NCBI GenBank assembly: GCA_030612365.1
Contig: JAUWOA010000002.1
Span: forward strand, 425-64,424
Reading direction: 5' to 3'
From: Candidatus Thorarchaeota archaeon
GTDB taxonomy: Archaea > Asgardarchaeota > Thorarchaeia > Thorarchaeales > Thorarchaeaceae
DNA: 64,000 bases
Of the stretch, positions 48,075-57,578 are shown one piece after another; the first letter of the stretch is position 1, and each line of letters opens with the position of its first letter. A model generated the notes under the pieces. That model made no database searches, was not told the DNA's origin, and was given only the letters and a program-made list of their open reading frames with translations. The position numbers were made by a program, and so were the translations under genes.

Positions 48075-48099
48075 GTGGGCGCCCGAGTTGGGCGCTCAC
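48075..48099 (-). terminator. 9-bp GC-rich hairpin just downstream of the orphan ABC ATPase gene
   Basis: GTGGGCGCC-CGAGTTG-GGCGCTCAC (one G-U pair), 13 nt after the stop of 48112..49200. No strong T tract follows, so function is uncertain. Confidence 0.3.
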
Positions 48100-48111
48100 C
48101 CCCTATTCTTC

Positions 48112-49200
48112 TTATATGTCGCCCCAGCGATGACAACGAATCCAATGGTCGGTTTCGACTTCACGGTATTCCGGCATTTCCTCTTTGCAGATATCGATGG
48201 TAAACTTGCACCTTGGATGAAAGGGACAGCCCTCCGGGAGGTTGGTTGGATCAGGCGGGTCTCCGGGAATCCCACGTAGAGTAGGACGTTTGCCTCCAGC
48301 AGCCATTCTCATCATGGCAATTGTGGGGAAACTTGACATGAGCCCTATAGTGTATGGATGACCCGGTTTGTGGAACATCTGAACCGCGGGACCAAGCTCC
48401 ATGAATTTTCCGGCGTACATTACAGCAACTCTGTCAGACAATTCTGCGACGACTCCAGCATCGTGGCTTATCAGAAGTAACGAAACACCAAACTCGTCAC
48501 GAACCATTCGAAGCACGTTTAGAATCTGTCGCTGGATTGTCACGTCGAGAGCGGATGTTGGTTCATCTGCTATGACGAAACATGGCCCAGCTATGAGCGA
48601 CATTGCAATGAGTATGCGCTGCGCTTCTCCTCCGCTGAAACAGCTTGGGCCCATTACAAAACGAGTATCTGAATCAGCAAGCTTCACCAGGTCAAGGAAC
48701 TCGAGGACCTTCCTCTTCAGCTGTATGAGTTTGAAATTGCCTTCATGAATCTCCACGGGTTCTCCGGTCTGCATTCCGACGCTGAATTGAGGGTTCAGTG
48801 CATGGGCAAGTCCTTGGGGCATCATCGATATTTGGGAACCTCGAAGCTTCGCAAACTCCTCTTCAGGCAGCCCCGTCAGCTCTATGCCCTTGAAGTATAC
48901 ATGTCCACGAACCCCTGGCCGTTCTTCCTCCTCATGGCTACGTTTGCCAAACTGTTTGCGCAGTCCGGGAATGTTTGAGCTCCCTGCTGCATACCGCGCA
49001 ATTCTCGTGAAAAGGCCCATTATTGCCAATGCCATGCTGCTCTTGCCGCATCCTGATTCACCGAGCAACCCGACGCACTCTCCCTTTCTGATCTCAAAGG
49101 ATACATCATCAACCGCTCTAACGAGTCCTTTTTTTGAAGCATGGTATGCCTTTAGGTTTTCAACAACGAGAAGTGCCTTATCTTCAGGCATGGAAATCAC
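48112..49200 (-). CDS. orphan OppD-like ABC ATPase (no adjacent permease)
   Basis: Walker A GESGCGKSS, signature FSGGEAQR, Walker B VIADEPTSALD, ISHD, C-terminal EGCPFHPRC. A ~40-aa insertion follows the P-loop helix. Confidence 0.85.
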   Translation of the reverse strand: MISMPEDKALLVVENLKAYHASKKGLVRAVDDVSFEIRKGECVGLLGESGCGKSSMALAIMGLFTRIARYAAGSSNIPGLRKQFGKRSHEEEERPGVRGHVYFKGIELTGLPEEEFAKLRGSQISMMPQGLAHALNPQFSVGMQTGEPVEIHEGNFKLIQLKRKVLEFLDLVKLADSDTRFVMGPSCFSGGEAQRILIAMSLIAGPCFVIADEPTSALDVTIQRQILNVLRMVRDEFGVSLLLISHDAGVVAELSDRVAVMYAGKFMELGPAVQMFHKPGHPYTIGLMSSFPTIAMMRMAAGGKRPTLRGIPGDPPDPTNLPEGCPFHPRCKFTIDICKEEMPEYREVETDHWIRCHRWGDI

Positions 49201-49351
49201 GAGGGCCGAGCAATCATTCCCAGTATTAAATCGTCGTTTTCACGTAATGTCAAGAAACCTGAGCGGGACCCGTTTTCGATGTACTAATAAGACTCCTTGG
49301 TATATCGGCTCCAACTGAGCCCTTCTTCTTTGATGGAGGCTTGACCATAGA

Positions 49352-50401
49352 ATGCCGGTCTTCGAATCCAGCGGCCTAGTGCGTGATATTATCCTAGTGC
49401 TGAATTTCGGCGTTGTCTTCTACACATCACTTTTCGCTGCAGTGCTGATCGGACGATGGATCAAAGACTCGAAGAAGGCTCTACTAGACATCCGGCTTGT
49501 GTGGGGCATATTTCTTGTAGGAATGTCCTTGAATACGCTCCTGTTTGCGATTGGGGACTTCTACTTCAATACTGAACCTGCGCACACATTCTGGACAAAA
49601 ACGGGATACATGGCAATGATGTTGGCGTTGGTTGCATTCTTCTTTGCCATGGAACGGGTGTTGCCCTATCGCACTGGCCATGTTTTCTCAATATGTGGAG
49701 TCATTTCTGCCGCTTTGACTGTTGTGTTCCCGCGTAACCTCATAGTGTATCTGGCTTTTGCAATGTCTCTGGTCACCGTTATTGGTCTCGTGTTGTTCTT
49801 CATTTATGCAAGAAGCGGCACAACTGGCGATGTCAGAAGAGATACAACTCGCATGACTACTGGCTTTCTTTTGGCTATTGTGGGTTATCTGGGGCGAAAT
49901 GACTTCGTTTACTACAACTTCAGTGAATCCCTTTACCTGTTTGGAACTGCATTATTTGTTTTTGGATTGGCATTCTTTGGGTATGTGATGGTGGGTTCTC
50001 CAGCTATGGATGAACTTGACTGGAGGGCGCATCTGATTCGTCTCTATGTTATGAACAAGGGCGGCTTGCTCGTCTACTATCATCAGTTCGTAGATATCCC
50101 GGTTAGAGCACAAGAACTCACAGCGGCAGGGATTTCAGGGATTCAATCACTCATGCAAGAAGCAATGCAAAGCGATGCGGGATTGAACCATCTGTCGATT
50201 GGAGATTACGAAATTCTATTCGCTCATAGCGATGATTTCACTTGCGTCCTTCTCTGCATGAAACCTTACCGCGTACTACTCAACAAAGTAATTAATTTCT
50301 CCAATCAGTTCCAGGATTTGTTTGGCCCAAAATATCGCAGCTTTGGAAGCGACATTACGCCCTTCAAACCCGCATCAGAAATAGTCGATGCCCTATTCTA
50401 G
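49352..50401 (+). CDS. 7-TM membrane protein with C-terminal longin/roadblock-like domain
   Basis: Seven hydrophobic helices in aa 10-215. The C-terminal ~120 aa (LYVMNKGGLLVYYHQF...LTAAGISGIQSLMQEA...GLNHLSIGDYEILFAHSDDFTCVLLC + helix) follow the beta-beta-alpha-beta-beta-beta-alpha pattern of longin/TRAPP Bet5-type domains. Confidence 0.6.
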   Translation: MPVFESSGLVRDIILVLNFGVVFYTSLFAAVLIGRWIKDSKKALLDIRLVWGIFLVGMSLNTLLFAIGDFYFNTEPAHTFWTKTGYMAMMLALVAFFFAMERVLPYRTGHVFSICGVISAALTVVFPRNLIVYLAFAMSLVTVIGLVLFFIYARSGTTGDVRRDTTRMTTGFLLAIVGYLGRNDFVYYNFSESLYLFGTALFVFGLAFFGYVMVGSPAMDELDWRAHLIRLYVMNKGGLLVYYHQFVDIPVRAQELTAAGISGIQSLMQEAMQSDAGLNHLSIGDYEILFAHSDDFTCVLLCMKPYRVLLNKVINFSNQFQDLFGPKYRSFGSDITPFKPASEIVDALF

Positions 50402-50425
50402 AATGATATGACATCGGTCGTGCTG

Positions 50426-51577
50426 TCAGAACTTCGGTAATTCTTCGTACCTATGACAGAAAATCCAATGACCTGGTTCTACTTCCCTGTATTCGGGGAC
50501 TTGCTCTCTGCAGATGTCCTGAGCGTAATCGCAGCGCGGGCTAAACGGGCAACCGGGTGGCAGGTTTGTCATGTCCGGCGGCTTGCCAGGTATACCACGG
50601 ATGCGAAGCCCCTTCTCCCGTATTTTCCTGATGAGCTCCATCGAAGGGTTGCTCATTATTAAGGCCCTAGTGAATGGGTGTCCGGGACTCACGAGCACAG
50701 TCTTGACGTCACCAAACTCCATTATTCTTCCTGCCGACATCACCGCTACACTATCGCAGGTTTGCGCAATCACGCCTTGGTCGTTGCTTATGATCAGGAA
50801 GGCAATCTTCAGTTTGTCGCGAACGAGCATGATTGCATCCAAGACTCTGCGCTGCACCCCGACATCGACGGCAGTGGTTGGCTCGTCTGCAATCATCAGC
50901 ACTGGGTTTGTAATGATTGCCATCGCTATGAGGATTCTTTGGTCCTCTCCCATGCTGAATTGGCTTGGTTTCAGATTCTTTCTGAAGTCGGGGTCTGCCA
51001 ACTCAACCAGGTCCAACGCTTCCAAGACTAGTCTTGCTACTTCACGTTCCCACAAGATGGAATCTTCATCATGTATCCAAACTGCTTCGGCGATTTGAGG
51101 CGCAATCTTGCTGTATGGATTGAGCGACATTGCTGTTCCTTGAGGCACATACGTAATTTCGTTTCCCCGAATCTTGCGGTACTCCTTCTCATCAAGCGTA
51201 ACTAGGTCATTACCTCTGTACCATATGTGACCCTCAACTCCAGGCAACTCAATGTCCATCTCCGCCGATGTAAGACCCTTCTTCTTTGCTTTATCTCTCA
51301 ATGCCCAGAGTTTCTGATTCTCTTTGTCCCCTGAGGTACTAGCATAATATCGCGACATTCTGTCAAAGATGCCAAGAATCGAGAGCGCGACAGATGTTTT
51401 TCCAGAGCCTGACTCGCCAAAAAGCCCGACAGCCTCTCCCTCCTTGATCTCAAACGTGACATCGTTGACGGCTCTCACGAAACCGTGTTTCGATGTGTAG
51501 AATGCGCGAAGGTTCTCAATTCTCAGGATGGATGTATCCTTGCCATCGGACATAGGTGAAAGATTGACTCTCTTCAC
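50426..51577 (-). CDS. orphan OppD-like ABC ATPase with degenerate signature motif
   Basis: Walker A GESGSGKTS, Walker B MIADEPTTAVD, ISND, C-terminal PGCPFSPRC. The signature position reads FSMGEDQR instead of LSGG(Q/M)RQR. The insertion after the P-loop helix is shared with 48112..49200. Confidence 0.85.
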   Translation of the reverse strand: MKRVNLSPMSDGKDTSILRIENLRAFYTSKHGFVRAVNDVTFEIKEGEAVGLFGESGSGKTSVALSILGIFDRMSRYYASTSGDKENQKLWALRDKAKKKGLTSAEMDIELPGVEGHIWYRGNDLVTLDEKEYRKIRGNEITYVPQGTAMSLNPYSKIAPQIAEAVWIHDEDSILWEREVARLVLEALDLVELADPDFRKNLKPSQFSMGEDQRILIAMAIITNPVLMIADEPTTAVDVGVQRRVLDAIMLVRDKLKIAFLIISNDQGVIAQTCDSVAVMSAGRIMEFGDVKTVLVSPGHPFTRALIMSNPSMELIRKIREKGLRIRGIPGKPPDMTNLPPGCPFSPRCDYAQDICREQVPEYREVEPGHWIFCHRYEELPKF

Positions 51578-51641
51578 ACAAATACTCTGCGGCTAAGGCA
51601 TCCAGTCATGATAAGAAGATGATTATAGTGGCTTATGCCTT

Positions 51642-52430
51642 GTGTCCCTACCGATGGGACGGATACAAGTACGGTACACAACATCCGACGGACGTAAAGA
51701 GACCGAGGAGTTTGGCACAAGTGACCAAGTCCTTAAACTGAGCTTCAGAACTATCGCTGCAATTGATATCTCTCCGTTAAGTCAGTGCAGCGATTTGAAA
51801 CTGCTTGACCTATCGAACAACGAGCTTGAGAGTCTTGATGTATCTCCATTGAAGCATTGCTTTGATTTGCAGTTTATCCGGTGTCAACAGAACCGACTAG
51901 AAGAGATAGACCTATCGTCCCTCAGTCAGTGTATCCGCCTTGAACTGTTGAATTTCTCGGGGAATTCATTGCGATGTATTGCATTTCCAGATCTTGGACA
52001 TGACTGTAATCTCAAAGAGATATTTCTCTCGAATAACCAACTCGAATGTATTGACTTCCCACAGTTAAGTCAATGCTCACAACTGAAGTGGCTTAAGATC
52101 GCGCATAACCGTCTATCGAATATTGATCTCTCGACGCTCGGTAGCTGTTCTTCTTTGGAGGAACTTGACTTGAGCTCGAACAGACTTGAAGAATTGAATG
52201 TTGAACCTCTCGGTCTGTGCCCGAATCTCCGCGAATTGTGGCTTCATGACAACGGGATGCAGAGTCTTGATGTGTCAGCACTGTTCGAATGTCCTCGGCT
52301 GACAACGCTTCAGACCGAAGCACCAACATCACAATTCGCACTAACTCTGAGAGCAGATGAGCAGCTAAGTAGCAGGACAGGCATTCCACCTGCTTTGGAA
52401 GACCTTCGAAGCCGAATTCATTGGATCTAA
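51642..52430 (+). CDS. leucine-rich repeat protein (about 8 x 24-aa repeats)
   Basis: Units of the form L(S/G)xCxxLxxLxLSxNxLExIDxSx, for example LSQCSDLKLLDLSNNELESLDVSP, LSQCSQLKWLKIAHNRLSNIDLST, LGSCSSLEELDLSSNRLEELNVEP. No signal peptide or other domain. Confidence 0.8.
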   Translation: MSLPMGRIQVRYTTSDGRKETEEFGTSDQVLKLSFRTIAAIDISPLSQCSDLKLLDLSNNELESLDVSPLKHCFDLQFIRCQQNRLEEIDLSSLSQCIRLELLNFSGNSLRCIAFPDLGHDCNLKEIFLSNNQLECIDFPQLSQCSQLKWLKIAHNRLSNIDLSTLGSCSSLEELDLSSNRLEELNVEPLGLCPNLRELWLHDNGMQSLDVSALFECPRLTTLQTEAPTSQFALTLRADEQLSSRTGIPPALEDLRSRIHWI

Positions 52431-52441
52431 GATTACATTGC

Positions 52442-52765
52442 CTACTGAATCCGCTTTAGCAGCTCCTTGAGGGAAATTGCATACTCTCTGAAAGATGCCG
52501 CCCCTTCTTCGGTGATTTCTATCACGTTGAGCGGTCGCCAAGACAGTATCTTGCGATTTCTAACTAGGCCAGCAATCTCAAGCTTTCTCAAGTGATGGTC
52601 AAGATTCCCGGGTGTCAATCCCAGAAGATCCTTGAGTTCTGTAAATCCTACTCTTCTCTTCAGGAATAGGAGATACATGATAGAGAAACGGGGCTGAGTG
52701 TGGAACGCCTTGCTCTGCTCCTTCAATTCCCCTAGCTCGACCAATTCCACCACCTCTGTTAGCAT
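52442..52765 (-). CDS. winged-helix transcriptional regulator (ArsR/MarR-like)
   Basis: RFSIMYLLFLKRRVGFTELKDLLGLTPGNLDHHLRKLEIAGLV followed by a wing (ILSWRPLNVIEITEEG). 107 aa. Confidence 0.75.
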   Translation of the reverse strand: MLTEVVELVELGELKEQSKAFHTQPRFSIMYLLFLKRRVGFTELKDLLGLTPGNLDHHLRKLEIAGLVRNRKILSWRPLNVIEITEEGAASFREYAISLKELLKRIQ

Positions 52766-52768
52766 CTT

Positions 52769-53401
52769 TCATTCTGTCTTACCGAGTTTCTTTGATGATG
52801 TAGCAATTGCATAAAGCCCACTAAAGACAAAGGCGGCAGAGAAGATTGTCAGCGCAAGATACTGGGCCATGTCTTGTTCACTCACAGCCAATAGAGGAAG
52901 AGAGGTTACTAGTAATGCAATGCCCAGAATGAGAATCCCGTTGTAGTCTTCGTGGCCTGGTGTCAATTTCAGGATTACATAGGTGCAGATGCAAGCCACG
53001 CCTGTGGCCCAGAGCAAGGAAACCTGTGCAAAGGCTTCAGGTAATAGGCCGATTGATAGAAAGGCAACGAACCAGATGAGTCCTATTGCAGCTGCATGGA
53101 GTACACCTCCAGGGGAGGAATCAGTGGACTTCTTGCTCCTGGCCGCTTGGGCTGAACCGAATGAAAGAATGACTAGCCCGAATACAACGATTGCTGTCAT
53201 AGTTGACGAAAGAAGCATGACAGTATCCGCCGGCAGATCAAGAATCTGGGCCAAGAGCTGAGCATTCATGGTAAGGATAAAACCCAGTGGAATCAAAATA
53301 CCAAAGGTAAGGAGCACTCTCCCCCAAGCCCTACGGAACAAGTAATCCTCGTATCTTTCCACTACCTCAAGTGCTTCAGTAACTTTATCGAGTTCTTCCA
53401 T
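52769..53401 (-). CDS. hypothetical membrane protein co-transcribed with the wHTH regulator
   Basis: 210 aa, about 6 helices, ends 3 nt before the regulator gene. Confidence 0.55.
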   Translation of the reverse strand: MEELDKVTEALEVVERYEDYLFRRAWGRVLLTFGILIPLGFILTMNAQLLAQILDLPADTVMLLSSTMTAIVVFGLVILSFGSAQAARSKKSTDSSPGGVLHAAAIGLIWFVAFLSIGLLPEAFAQVSLLWATGVACICTYVILKLTPGHEDYNGILILGIALLVTSLPLLAVSEQDMAQYLALTIFSAAFVFSGLYAIATSSKKLGKTE

Positions 53402-53566
53402 TGTTCATCACCGCAGATAGATTCTTTCTGGAATAAGTTCGTCAGGGGTTTAAAGCATAGCTCGATTTCTGTAACGCAGAACTTCTCCTGCTTATTAGCA
53501 ATTTAGCCAAATTGACCTCTGCGGTACAGAACTCTTCCTCTCTTTAAGTAGACTCACGGTCATCAT

Positions 53567-54583
53567 ATGCACATGCAGAAGCTAATGGATGAACAACAGA
53601 CGGTCGCGATTGCAGTTGACAATGTGTGCAAGAGCTATGATAGTGAGGAAGTTCTCTGTGGAGCGAATCTCCGGATACCGGTGGGTGTGTTCTATGCTCT
53701 GATGGGCCCGAACGGTTCAGGCAAGAGTACGCTCGTTTCTATTATCGCGGGCACCAGCTCTCCTGATAGCGGAGTCGTTGAGGTATTTGGTGCAAATCCC
53801 ACAGATGATGGAATCGAAACGAAGCGTTTCATGGGATATGTTCCGCAGGAGAATTTTTCCTCGCCCCATCTCACAGGCAGAGAAAATCTCGTCTTTTTCG
53901 CTAGGCTTTTTGGCCTATCGAAGTCCGAGGCTGAGGCGGAAACCAAGCGCCTGCTTGATATGATGGAGCTCTCCGACCACGCTGAGAAACGGGTATCTGA
54001 CTACAGTGGGGGCATGAGAAAGAAGCTGGAGGTTGCAACTGCTCTTCTTCCAGGAGTGAGAATCCTCGTTCTCGACGAACCCAATACGGGGCTTGACCCC
54101 TCAGCCAGGAAGGACTTCCTTGATTTTCTAAAACAGATCAACGAAACTGGGACCACGATATTGCTTGTCACTCACATTGGTGAAGATGCAGAGGCTGCAT
54201 CTCTTGTGGGTTTCATGAATTGCGGACAAATCGTCTTGGAAGATTCGCCTGGAAAACTGAAGAAAGCGAGCAAACTCCAGAATACCATATTCATTGATAT
54301 TCATCCAAAGAGTGACCAAGTTGCCATTGCACTTGCAGCCTTGGATGATGATTGCGCGGTTCTAGAAACTCCGGATGGTTTCAAGATGCTCTGCAGTCAT
54401 CCTGAAGATATCGTACATCAAATAGTCTTGGCGCTGAAGAGAATTGGATGCACAGCTACAAGGATTGAAACGGTAACGCCTTCTCTCGAAGATGTATTCT
54501 TTGCTGCCACAAGATACACCGCTGAAGACGAAATCGCTCTGCCCGAGCTTCCTCTCGACTCACAAAGGGGGGCGTCTATTTGA
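53567..54583 (+). CDS. ABC-2 type exporter ATPase
   Basis: Walker A GPNGSGKST, Q-loop YVPQE, signature YSGGMRKKL, Walker B LVLDEPNTGLD, H-loop VTH. Confidence 0.85.
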   Translation: MHMQKLMDEQQTVAIAVDNVCKSYDSEEVLCGANLRIPVGVFYALMGPNGSGKSTLVSIIAGTSSPDSGVVEVFGANPTDDGIETKRFMGYVPQENFSSPHLTGRENLVFFARLFGLSKSEAEAETKRLLDMMELSDHAEKRVSDYSGGMRKKLEVATALLPGVRILVLDEPNTGLDPSARKDFLDFLKQINETGTTILLVTHIGEDAEAASLVGFMNCGQIVLEDSPGKLKKASKLQNTIFIDIHPKSDQVAIALAALDDDCAVLETPDGFKMLCSHPEDIVHQIVLALKRIGCTATRIETVTPSLEDVFFAATRYTAEDEIALPELPLDSQRGASI

Positions 54584-55350
54584 ATACAATAATGGCTTCC
54601 CTGACAAAGTCTCTGAAGGTTTTCTTTAGAGATAAAGCAATAGCTAGTTCGTCGATCATGATTCCTGCAGTGTTCCTTGTACTACTACCTTTCATATTGT
54701 ACCAGGATGTTCCAGCAGAATTCATCGGGGGATTGAAGGGCGCACTGACTGTATCGATGATAACACTGTTGATTATGTCAGCAGGCATTGGAAATCTAGC
54801 CGGGTCGATTGCCTCTGATGCGGGGCGTGGTCTCTATGAAAAGATGCTGTCGATGCCTGTGAAGGCATGGCATGAGGGTTTCGGCAGGGTGCTTTCTGTA
54901 TGGTTCTTTTGCATTGTTGGCAGCACCATCCTGGTTCTTCTTGGCTTCGGCTGTGGTGCAGCATTTACGGGCGGATTCTACGAGATTCTGGGATGTCTAT
55001 TTCTCGGATTAGCGATTGCTGCCTCGTCAACCGGTATGGGCCTAATCATCGCAGCCTTTGTTAAAGGTGAATCTGCTGCAACACACATAGGCGTTGGCAT
55101 CTCGATGATTATTTACTTTACCAGCATTGCGATGCCTTACCGGACAGTCCCATCATACCTCCAAGTGTTCTCAAGGATTAATCCTATCTCTGCAGCAAAC
55201 AATATGATCGTGTTCCTCTTGGAGGGAGAGGTTTACACTGGGTACAATCCGTTCAACTTGGTCGAGGTGTCTGTCGTAGTCTTGCTGTCGCTAGGCATCC
55301 TTGTTGCTGGACTGCTTGCGTACTCCAGATTCTGCTGGAAGAAGAGGTAA
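54580..55350 (+). CDS. ABC-2 type exporter permease
   Basis: 256 aa, 6 predicted helices, 4-nt overlap with the ATPase gene. Confidence 0.75.
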   Translation: MNTIMASLTKSLKVFFRDKAIASSSIMIPAVFLVLLPFILYQDVPAEFIGGLKGALTVSMITLLIMSAGIGNLAGSIASDAGRGLYEKMLSMPVKAWHEGFGRVLSVWFFCIVGSTILVLLGFGCGAAFTGGFYEILGCLFLGLAIAASSTGMGLIIAAFVKGESAATHIGVGISMIIYFTSIAMPYRTVPSYLQVFSRINPISAANNMIVFLLEGEVYTGYNPFNLVEVSVVVLLSLGILVAGLLAYSRFCWKKR

Positions 55351-55456
55351 GAAGAAGGTGCTTCAGGCATGGCAAAGAGATGCCTCTTCACTGGCATCAA
55401 CCAGAATGGTTAATATCCGTCAAGTTTCGGTGCACTGCTAACCGAGCGATTTCTAC

Positions 55457-56650
55457 ATGAAACCTCTGAACAACACCTCTCTGCCAGTCTACCTAGCCTA
55501 TGCCCTTCACTCACTTGGGCTGGCGATATCGTGGCAGTTTGTCACGCACTTCATCAAGTGGGAGCTTGATGTGCCATCGGAGTTCCTTCTTACGGCAGCT
55601 CTCGCCTTTCCCGCACTTGTTACAATGCTCTCTGTCAATGTCTGGGGCGCATTGTCAGATAGGATCAATAAAAGGCGGCCCTTCATGGTGCTTGGTTTCT
55701 TTAGCTACGCGGCGACCTTCCTGTTCACATCTTTTGTTTCTAGTTACGCGCAATACCTGATTGTGGTTTCGATTGGAGCTGCCTTCTCGTCAGCTGCATT
55801 ACCAATGGGACAAGCGTATCTCACGGATCGGACGTCAAGAAAGGGGGAAACTCTTGGCTACTTCTTGATGGCCCAGTCCGCCGGTTGGTTCTTTGGAGCC
55901 CTGTTTAGTGGGTTTGTCTACACTCCGGAAATGATGTTCACCCTCTACAGAGTAGCCGCTCTGCTCAGTGGGGGCGCTGCCATTAGTAGCCTCTTCCTTG
56001 TCAAGGAGCAACCTTTGGAACGCCTGAAAGATGAACCCCATACCGGCTTCTTAGACCTGCTTAGACGCCGCGGTATGATTATTCTAGTTCTAGCAGCTGC
56101 AGTCAGCGCCCTTGGAATGCACTCAATCGCCGGACTCATGGCAATCATGATCACGGATGAGCTTGGCGGCTCGTTCGCATACGTGGGATATGCAAATGCT
56201 GGAGCAACCCTGATAGCGGTTCTGATTACAGGGTACGTTGGCAAAATCGTTGACAAACGCGGCCCAGTACTGGTGCTTGTGGTTGCCTATTTCTCCTACA
56301 TACTATTCGCAATTGGTTTCGCTATGGCAACAAGTCCCGAAATCGCCTTAATTCTGTGGGCACTACCAATCTATCCATTGTCTTCAACGGCCGCGTTTGC
56401 CTTGGGAGCGCGAATTTCCAGAGAGCGTGAGCGTGGTCGCGCGATGTCGTTGGTAAATGGTGCACAAAATCTCGGCATGGTGATTGGCCCTCTCATCGGG
56501 GGATTCTTTGCCGAATTATTGAATCGGGTTCAACCAGTTTCTTGGGTCAATGGGGCTTTCAATTTCCTCGCTCTCTTTCTAGCACTAGGCTTAGTGCGTA
56601 AGCTGGGGTGGAGAACTGAAAGAATCCGCAATCCTGAAATAACGGAGTAG
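55457..56650 (+). CDS. MFS transporter
   Basis: 397 aa, about 12 helices, loop 2-3 motif GALSDRINKRRP (MFS G-x-x-x-D-R-x-G-R-R type). Confidence 0.8.
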   Translation: MKPLNNTSLPVYLAYALHSLGLAISWQFVTHFIKWELDVPSEFLLTAALAFPALVTMLSVNVWGALSDRINKRRPFMVLGFFSYAATFLFTSFVSSYAQYLIVVSIGAAFSSAALPMGQAYLTDRTSRKGETLGYFLMAQSAGWFFGALFSGFVYTPEMMFTLYRVAALLSGGAAISSLFLVKEQPLERLKDEPHTGFLDLLRRRGMIILVLAAAVSALGMHSIAGLMAIMITDELGGSFAYVGYANAGATLIAVLITGYVGKIVDKRGPVLVLVVAYFSYILFAIGFAMATSPEIALILWALPIYPLSSTAAFALGARISRERERGRAMSLVNGAQNLGMVIGPLIGGFFAELLNRVQPVSWVNGAFNFLALFLALGLVRKLGWRTERIRNPEITE

Positions 56651-56664
56651 TTCTCCGTTTTCTC

Positions 56665-57501
56665 ATGACTGGCGGCTGCACAATCGGAGCCAAGATTGTT
56701 GGCGACAGATACCTCCTTTTCAAGAATCGTGACCTTGTCTATGAGAATTACAAAGACCAATGCATCTTCGAGGATGATATCTTCGCGGTCATTGGCATCA
56801 AATTTGGTGCAGGTATAGACATGGGTGCGTCCATTGGTGTTAACCGGTGGGGTCTTGCTGCCTGCAACTCAACCGTTCTGATTAACTCTGAAGAGGCGTA
56901 CGCTGTTCTCATGGAACGCTTATTGCGCAGCGCCAAGACTCTCAACGAGGCCTATGACATCGTAGTGAAATCCTTAGATAACGGAGAGCGATATCAGTGG
57001 GGCAATTTCGTGATTGCTACGCCTGATGAGGTTGGAGCAATTGAGATTGGCGATGGTGTGTGTGAACTCGAGCGCGGCTCATGTCCAGTCACTCGAACAA
57101 ACCATCATCTCATCCTCTCAACAAGAGATGCCCTGCTCAGAGCATCGCTTGAGGAGCGCGAAGCTGGAGGGCCCCTCAGTGCGAGTCAGAACAGAAGGCA
57201 GATTGCAGCAAGGATGCTTGAATCTGCAAGATCCACCCAGGACATAATAGAGATACTTAGCACGCACGCCAAGGGAAAGGGGTATGACTCAATATGTCGG
57301 CACAGAACTGGCGTGCGGGGTGAAGATCCGTGGTTGGGCGAAACGTCCTACAGCTACATCATTGAAGTCGAAACAAAGCCACTTAACTTCCGCATTCATG
57401 TCGCACCGGGAAGCCCATGTAGTACAACCTACCACGAGGTGCAACTTGACTTTCAAGTTTCCAGTGACGCAAAACGACAACTGGTTCGGGACTTCCCATG
57501 A
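56665..57501 (+). CDS. Cys-nucleophile Ntn hydrolase (peptidase C45 / acyltransferase-like)
   Basis: N-terminus MTGGCTIGA, then LLFKNRDL. About 280 aa. This pattern fits the C45/choloylglycine-type Ntn fold. The call rests on weak motif evidence. Confidence 0.55.
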   Translation: MTGGCTIGAKIVGDRYLLFKNRDLVYENYKDQCIFEDDIFAVIGIKFGAGIDMGASIGVNRWGLAACNSTVLINSEEAYAVLMERLLRSAKTLNEAYDIVVKSLDNGERYQWGNFVIATPDEVGAIEIGDGVCELERGSCPVTRTNHHLILSTRDALLRASLEEREAGGPLSASQNRRQIAARMLESARSTQDIIEILSTHAKGKGYDSICRHRTGVRGEDPWLGETSYSYIIEVETKPLNFRIHVAPGSPCSTTYHEVQLDFQVSSDAKRQLVRDFP

Positions 57502-57578
57502 ACACGTGGGTCCCTTTGGTGATCGAAATGCAGGCGGCGGTTGATGCGGTTTCGGCGTGGGGCTTCTAGGCTGAGAAC

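Noticed and set aside
47940-48075. Intergenic segment with several short stems (CCGCG...CGCGG, TCCGA-CGG-TCGGA), inspected as a possible tRNA or ncRNA.
   Set aside because: I could not build a cloverleaf: no acceptor/T-arm pairing and no GTTC-like T-loop in the right register. Only the terminal hairpin at 48075..48099 is reported, with low confidence.
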